Assembly: GCA_964016885.1 (NCBI GenBank)
Contig: OZ024740.1
Span: forward strand, 406,906,001 to 406,970,000
DNA: 64,000 nucleotides
Direction of reading: 5' to 3'
DNA from: Eledone cirrhosa
Lineage: Eukaryota
The position numbers and the translations under genes were made by a program. This document shows, piece by piece, positions 59,224 to 64,000 of this stretch. Positions within the stretch are counted from its first letter, which is position 1. Every line of letters begins with the position of its first letter. The notes beneath the pieces were generated by a model. That model saw only the letters and a list, made by a program, of their open reading frames with translations, was not told where the DNA came from and ran no database searches.

Positions 59224-61323
59224 TTAAGTTATTTTATAGTGAGAGAATTTAGCTTTTAGTTTGTGGTTGCAGTATAATGATCGTTCAATTCTATCGTTAA
59301 GTAGTTTGTTTTTGGATTTTAGTATGTAAAATAGCTCAAGGTTACATAACCTGCAGTACTTCAAACCACTCCGATATGCATTTGCGCTGGAAAGTATATC
59401 CCATTTTAAGGTGAACTGTTGGTTGTGTTCACGGAGTTGCCAGGTCTTGTTGGCGAGCGTGGTCACAAAACGGTGATTCTGATGTTTGATTGAGAATCGA
59501 TGACGGTACCAGCGAGATTTAAACGATGTGGTGGTAGATCCGATATAATACCATTTCTGGTCGTCCGATTCAACCGTGCATTGGTAAACAATGTTGGACT
59601 TTAGGCATTCATTCTGCAATGGACATCTTTCAGGTAGATGGCAGTTACATGCTTTGTTGTGGGTAGCGGGTATACCATGGATAGGTTGTGATAGCGGTAC
59701 AGGTGGGTTGTGCAATATCCGTCTCCCATTTAGTGGTTGGGAGGCAGATATTGCGTTCTGCCCACCTGTTACTAAGATGTTTTGTTTTGTAGAGTTGTTT
59801 AATTGCCTTAAGTTAAGTTTTTTTATGTATGCTTCAAGGTTTGGTGCCGTGGAGTATGATAGTCTAATAGTTTTGGAGTTCAGAATTTTGCTGTACTTAT
59901 GGGAACTAGGGAAGTGTTTATTGATTAATTTAAAGAATGAAAGAGATAGTTTTGTACTAATCGAGGCATTAAAAATAGGATTATACCAGATATACTTTCT
60001 ACAACGTGATTTATTTGGTGGTGAACTTCTATTATTAGTATGTCTGGTAGTATAGTGTGTGTGTGCTTGTGTTTTAGTCCCCCGGTTACGAATACCTTGA
60101 TTACGTGTAGAGCTATGTGTGTTGTGGAAATTACTATCGATGTATTCTATTGTATCCCGGTGGTCAGCATTCCTTAATGCATTATTGTAGTATTCAGCAT
60201 GTTCGCTAAAAATATCAGAGTTAGACGATAGGCGAGAGATTCTAAGAGAAATACTCCGGGGAACTGATTTGATCATGGAGAGTGGGTGGTTAGAGTTAAA
60301 GTTAATATACGTAAGGTTCTCATTTACCTTGTGGAAGGGTCGTATCTGTCCGGTATTTAAATTAAGAGTTACGTCCAGAAAGTTTACTACCTTAAGATTG
60401 TATTCGTATGTTATTTTTAGGCCCAGTTCACTAAAAGATCTTCTAATATTTTTCCGTAGCCTTTCAAGATTTTGGTTATTCAAGTTATTAACTAATAAGA
60501 GCCCGTCATCTCTATATATCCCCCCCTGTAGATTACTAAATCTACTATGTAATATGTGGGCTATGTAAATTCCCACGAGATCCGTGACCTCCGCCGAGTC
60601 GTTGGAACCCATGGTAATATCGAAATTTGTGGGTCTGTCCTTACGTTCCCAGTAGCAGTTATCGAACTTAATAATGGTTTTTCTAGCCTCGAGAATAATA
60701 TTAATTTCTTCCTCCGTTAGGTCGGAATTGGCCTTAGCAAACGATAGGGCCTTACGTAAAGTGCTTGGTGAGATGGAAGAGTAGTATTCGTCTATGTCAA
60801 ATTGTATAAACTTAGATTTATTCTTATTCTTAACATTATTAAACCAGCGAATTGCTTCGCTAGTGTTGCCCCATAATTTAATTTCAATTTTCTTTTTCAC
60901 TTGAGTTATTACTCTGTCAAGTATATGTTTACTAATTTTCCCTATGTCTGATTTAGAAGGGCATATAAGTCTAATCTTAGGGTTAGAGTCAAAATTTACC
61001 TTATGGTCCTTCAGGTTGAAGGTGGGGGTAGCGGGTATAATCGGCTCGGTTCTATCGTCTATCTTGAGATTCTTTACCACTTTGTATGCCTCGTTGTTAA
61101 TATTTGCTAGCGTAGTTTCATTTGTTTTTCTATATTTTTTGTGTAGTTCGTTGCGTATGAAGTTATTATACGTATCGATATCCATGGTATACACGTTAGA
61201 AGTCTTGTCAGCTTTCACAACAATTCCATTGGTATTTTGCAATCTTCGGAGTAGTGCTTTCATGTTGTTCTGCAGCTCATTATTTCTATGTCTGTTGAAC
61301 TTAATGTTCATGGTAGTTTTCAA
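59224..61323 (-). CDS. Penelope-like reverse transcriptase / GIY-YIG endonuclease polyprotein (699 aa open frame)
   Basis: RT motifs KADKT, LKDHK..PKIRLICP, QFDIDEYYSSI, ITMGS..SAEV, GIYRDDGL, VNFLDVTL and YINFNSNHP. Linker IWYNP and CNCHLPERCPL. GIY-YIG as IVYQ..YYIG..FKSRWYRH, then CRLCNLE and LLN. The frame stays open upstream through EAFEQDLL to about 61345, so the annotated start is probably not the native one. Confidence 0.9.
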   Translation of the reverse strand: MKTTMNIKFNRHRNNELQNNMKALLRRLQNTNGIVVKADKTSNVYTMDIDTYNNFIRNELHKKYRKTNETTLANINNEAYKVVKNLKIDDRTEPIIPATPTFNLKDHKVNFDSNPKIRLICPSKSDIGKISKHILDRVITQVKKKIEIKLWGNTSEAIRWFNNVKNKNKSKFIQFDIDEYYSSISPSTLRKALSFAKANSDLTEEEINIILEARKTIIKFDNCYWERKDRPTNFDITMGSNDSAEVTDLVGIYIAHILHSRFSNLQGGIYRDDGLLLVNNLNNQNLERLRKNIRRSFSELGLKITYEYNLKVVNFLDVTLNLNTGQIRPFHKVNENLTYINFNSNHPLSMIKSVPRSISLRISRLSSNSDIFSEHAEYYNNALRNADHRDTIEYIDSNFHNTHSSTRNQGIRNRGTKTQAHTHYTTRHTNNRSSPPNKSRCRKYIWYNPIFNASISTKLSLSFFKLINKHFPSSHKYSKILNSKTIRLSYSTAPNLEAYIKKLNLRQLNNSTKQNILVTGGQNAISASQPLNGRRILHNPPVPLSQPIHGIPATHNKACNCHLPERCPLQNECLKSNIVYQCTVESDDQKWYYIGSTTTSFKSRWYRHRFSIKHQNHRFVTTLANKTWQLREHNQQFTLKWDILSSANAYRSGLKYCRLCNLELFYILKSKNKLLNDRIERSLYCNHKLKAKFSHYKIT

Positions 61324-61398
61324 TAAGTCCTGTTCGAAAGCTTCCCATATCCAGTGTAGTAATTAACCATCACTGCATCTTGGATAATCCTATACCTA

Positions 61399-61444
61399 AT
61401 ATATATATATATATATATATATGTACATATATACATATATATAT
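61399..61444. repeat. (TA)n microsatellite between the two Penelope-like elements
   Basis: Interrupted TA run directly abutting both 5' ends. Confidence 0.9.
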
Positions 61445-62497
61445 GGTTGGCCTTTTTATCTTAGACATATTACGTGTTAGATTCCCGGACTTCCACACAG
61501 GAATATACCGCGACGATGGACTGACTTTATCGAGCCATAAAAGTGGTCACGACCTCGACCGGTTTAAAAAAGACTTAGCTTCTACCTTCAATGAGTTAGG
61601 CCTTAGGATAACAGTAGCCACCAACCTCTCTAGCGTAGACTTCTTAGACATTAATTTAGACCTTCGCATGCACACCCACAGACCCTTCCATAAGCTAAAC
61701 GAGAAACTTAATTACATTCACAAGGACTCATGCCACCCTCCCACTGTTTTTAGAAACTCCGTTAAGAATATCAGTACTAGAATCTCAAACCACTCCTCTA
61801 ATAAGGCTATCTTTGACAGGGCAGCACCCTACTATAACACGCGTTAGCTAACAGCGGCTTCTCACAACCTATCACCTACTCTCCCACTAGCAACAACACC
61901 ATTAAGAAAAGTAAGCGCAACAATAGACAAACTATCTGGTTCTCTCCTCCCTTCTCACTCAACGTTAAAACCAATGTAGGAAAAAAATGTCTAGCCCTCT
62001 TAGATAGACACTTTCCCATAGGTCATAAATACCGCTCCATCTTTAACCGACACAAAGTAAAACTAGGATACTCCTGTGCTAAGAACATGAAGGCCCACAT
62101 CACCAGCAGCATTAGGAACAACACCCCACCAGGGTGCTCTTGCCGTAAGCCTGAAGCTTGCCCCCTTCAACAGCAATGCAACACACCCGCTGTAATGTAT
62201 GAAGCTGTGGTCACTTCCAACCGACCAAACGAACCAGAGTAGGTCAAATCCTATGTGGGCATGGCGGAGGGCCGATTCAAGGAGCGTTTCCTGAACCACA
62301 AGTCTACCTTCAGATACCCGGACAGACGTTCATCCACGAGACTCGCGAGCCACGTATGGTCCCTCAAGGACTCAAGTATAGGCTACTCCATTCAATGGAA
62401 AGCCATCACTAAGTCCAAGCCATACGCAAGGGGAAATCCGACGTGTGGTTTATGTATTGACGAACGAATAACTATCCTAAGCTTCCTGTTCATATAA
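61443..62497 (+). pseudogene. Penelope-like RT (C-terminal half) + GIY-YIG pseudo-ORF
   Basis: GIYRDDGL, VDFLDINLDL and YIHKDSCHP, then a frameshift near 61840. The next frame gives IWFSPPFS, RHFPIGHKY, CSCRKPEACPL and VMYEAVV, an in-frame TAG at 62240-62242, then SYVG..FKERFLNH..CGLCIDE. The C-terminal LN.R.E..C.H segment seen in element 1 is missing. Confidence 0.88.
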
Positions 62498-62553
62498 CCA
62501 TACACATCCGGAGCTGAAGATCCACTAAGGTGAAACAATTGCTCTCGGTATGG
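62498..62553 (+). ncRNA. Degenerate minimal hammerhead-like motif
   Basis: GAG-CTGAAGA-T-CC-ACTAA-GG-T-GAAA-CAATTG-CT-CTC, with a palindromic stem III (CAATTG) and outer pairing CCATAC/GTATGG. The conserved U before the cleavage base appears as C. Confidence 0.55.
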
Positions 62554-62985
62554 TCAACTAACTGTTGTGTAACCACTTCTACCTAATTCGTCCCTTGGAC
62601 AGAGTGCTCTATCACTACGGATATTACCTTCCAGTGTTCCACCACTCTATATATATATATATATAAATTTTAGTACAGCATTAACAAAGCTTTAGAACAC
62701 GGCCAAGCTAACGAATGCATAATCGGTCTGTAGCTTTAGCACTAGGATGAGGAAGAACCCCAGAGTAATAACATTACGTTCAGACAGCTCAGCAAATCAG
62801 ATATAGCGGTCGGCAGTCCAGCCAGATCACTAGAGCAACGAAAATACAGGACCCAGAAAAAGATTTTATACTGACCCGGACAGAGCGGTGAGGCTGAGTG
62901 CAAAATATATAACTTACATCGTATATCACACAATATACATCACATAGAACACCCAACATCAGCGCTAAGTTTCTGCAAATCCAAG

Positions 62986-62986
62986 A

Positions 62987-63036
<50 letters not shown>

Positions 63037-63093
63037 CATATATATATATACATATATATACATATATATATATATATAAATATATATATACAC

Positions 63094-63162
<69 letters not shown>

Positions 63163-63176
63163 CATATATATATATA
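62986..63176. repeat. (TG)n/(TA)n microsatellite with CA interruptions
   Basis: About 190 bp of TA repeat with periodic TACA. It is the source of the YIYI ORFs. Confidence 0.96.
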
Positions 63177-63397
63177 CATCATCATCATCGTTTAACGTCC
63201 ATATTCCACGCTTGCATGGGTTTGGACGGGGGTTTTCCCACTTGAGGCAAGGGAGGTTGTCTTGCTCGCATAGGACTGTCTGGCAGGTTTTCTACGGCTG
63301 GATGCCCTTCCTAACACATTTACAGTGTGGAACTGGGAGGTTTTTACCGTGTTGCCTACACGGCCACATTACAGCGTGGACTGTGTGTTTTTTTGTC
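63177..63397 (-). mobile_element. SINE-like retroposon fragment with an (ATG)n tail, copy 1
   Basis: The minus strand has GTTAGGAAGGGCATCCAGCCGTAGAAAA and ends CCATGCAAGCGTGGAATATGGACGTTAAACGATGATGATG. It is near-identical to 63710-63940. The family is not securely named. Confidence 0.7.
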
Positions 63398-63417
63398 TCA
63401 CTGCCATGTAACATTGC

Positions 63418-63418
<1 letters not shown>

Positions 63419-63499
<81 letters not shown>

Positions 63500-63569
63500 C
63501 ATATATATATATACATATATATATATACATATATATATATACATATATATATATACATATATATACATA
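63419..63569. repeat. (TA)n microsatellite with CA interruptions
   Basis: Direct observation. Confidence 0.95.
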
Positions 63570-63628
63570 TTAGAATTAGCCGTCGAAACGGCTTGAGCTC
63601 AGCCGTCGGGATCTTACTTGTTCCTATT
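63570..63628 (-). other. Short GC-rich hairpin island, possibly a Helitron-type 3' terminus
   Basis: Minus strand ACGGCT-GAGCTCA-AGCCGT-TTCG-ACGGCT-AATT-CTAA followed by T. Hairpin, then CTRR, then T matches the Helitron 3' end pattern. Confidence 0.35.
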
Positions 63629-63644
63629 ACATATATATATATAC

Positions 63645-63709
<65 letters not shown>
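63629..63709. repeat. (TA)n microsatellite with CA interruptions
   Basis: Direct observation. Confidence 0.95.
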
Positions 63710-63715
<6 letters not shown>

Positions 63716-64000
63716 CATCATCAAGGTTTAGCGTCCGTGTTCCACGCTTGCATGGGTTTGGACGGGGGTTTTCCCACTTGAGGCAAGAGTGGTTGTCTTG
63801 CTCACATAGGACTGTCTGGCGGGTTTTCTACAGCTGGATGCCCTTCCTAACACCAACCACATTTACAGTGTGGGGCTGGGAGGTTTTTACCGTGTTGCCT
63901 ACAAGGCCACATTTACAGCGTGGACTGTGTGTTTTTTGTCGTGACACCTACACGATCTCATTTGTTTCGGCCTGGATGTTGTGGCACCAACATAACTTTA
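63710..64000 (-). mobile_element. SINE-like retroposon with an (ATG)n tail, copy 2 (may extend beyond the window)
   Basis: Same sequence as copy 1 (GGTTGGTGTTAGGAAGGGCATCCAGCTGTAGAAAA on the minus strand). It retains a 7-nt segment missing from copy 1. Confidence 0.7.

Larger units (their letters stand above)
58569..61398 (-). mobile_element. Penelope-like retroelement 1 (C-terminal GIY-YIG type, probably Hydra clade), probably slightly 5'-truncated
   Basis: Single RT + GIY-YIG ORF followed by about 650 nt of 3' region containing a hammerhead motif and an AATAAA (58608-58613, minus strand). It is bounded by (TA)n on both sides. The clade call rests on the CxCx5C linker, the CxxC in the endonuclease and the (TA)n flanks, from recalled literature. 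Confidence 0.88.
61443..62647 (+). mobile_element. Penelope-like retroelement 2, 5'-truncated and decayed, from a different family than element 1
   Basis: Starts inside the RT just before GIYRDDGL and runs through the GIY-YIG domain. A 3' region with a hammerhead-like motif follows, ending at (TA)n 62648-62665. Confidence 0.87.

Noticed and set aside
59591-61366. Plus-strand ORFs opposite Penelope-like element 1
   Set aside because: Antisense to a motif-bearing ORF, with no independent evidence.
59224-62497. Selenocysteine recoding as reported for some Penelope-like (Naiad) elements
   Set aside because: The conserved cysteines are ordinary Cys codons, the only in-frame stop seen is TAG, and the endonuclease is C-terminal.
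62789-63781. YIYI-rich ORFs
   Set aside because: Translations of (TA)n microsatellites.

Overview
Eukaryotic, repeat-only window with no host gene. The SINE families look like those of octopod cephalopods (inference from recalled sequence, not searched). Bases 1-52663 are a head-to-tail 46-bp satellite of about 1145 copies (consensus CCAGATATCAATGGAGTGCACCTCACATTGGTACCTATTACAGACA). It shows internal dyad symmetry, nested multi-monomer duplications, a distinct terminal sub-array and a sharp right edge. All the long '+' ORFs in this part are by-products of a stop-free monomer. The last 11.3 kb is a transposon cluster. It holds a decayed CR1-like LINE bracketed by two inverted LINE-3'end+tRNA-SINE units, a 20-bp minisatellite and a piggyBac-type MITE. 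It also holds a 391-bp near-perfect palindrome with a minimal hammerhead ribozyme on each strand, and two head-to-head Penelope-like retroelements (RT + GIY-YIG; one with an uninterrupted 699-aa ORF), each with a 3' hammerhead motif. (TA)n tracts, two SINE-like copies and a possible Helitron end complete the region. The most notable items are the twin-hammerhead palindrome, the hammerhead with a very long stem II, and the recurrent LINE-SINE chimera.
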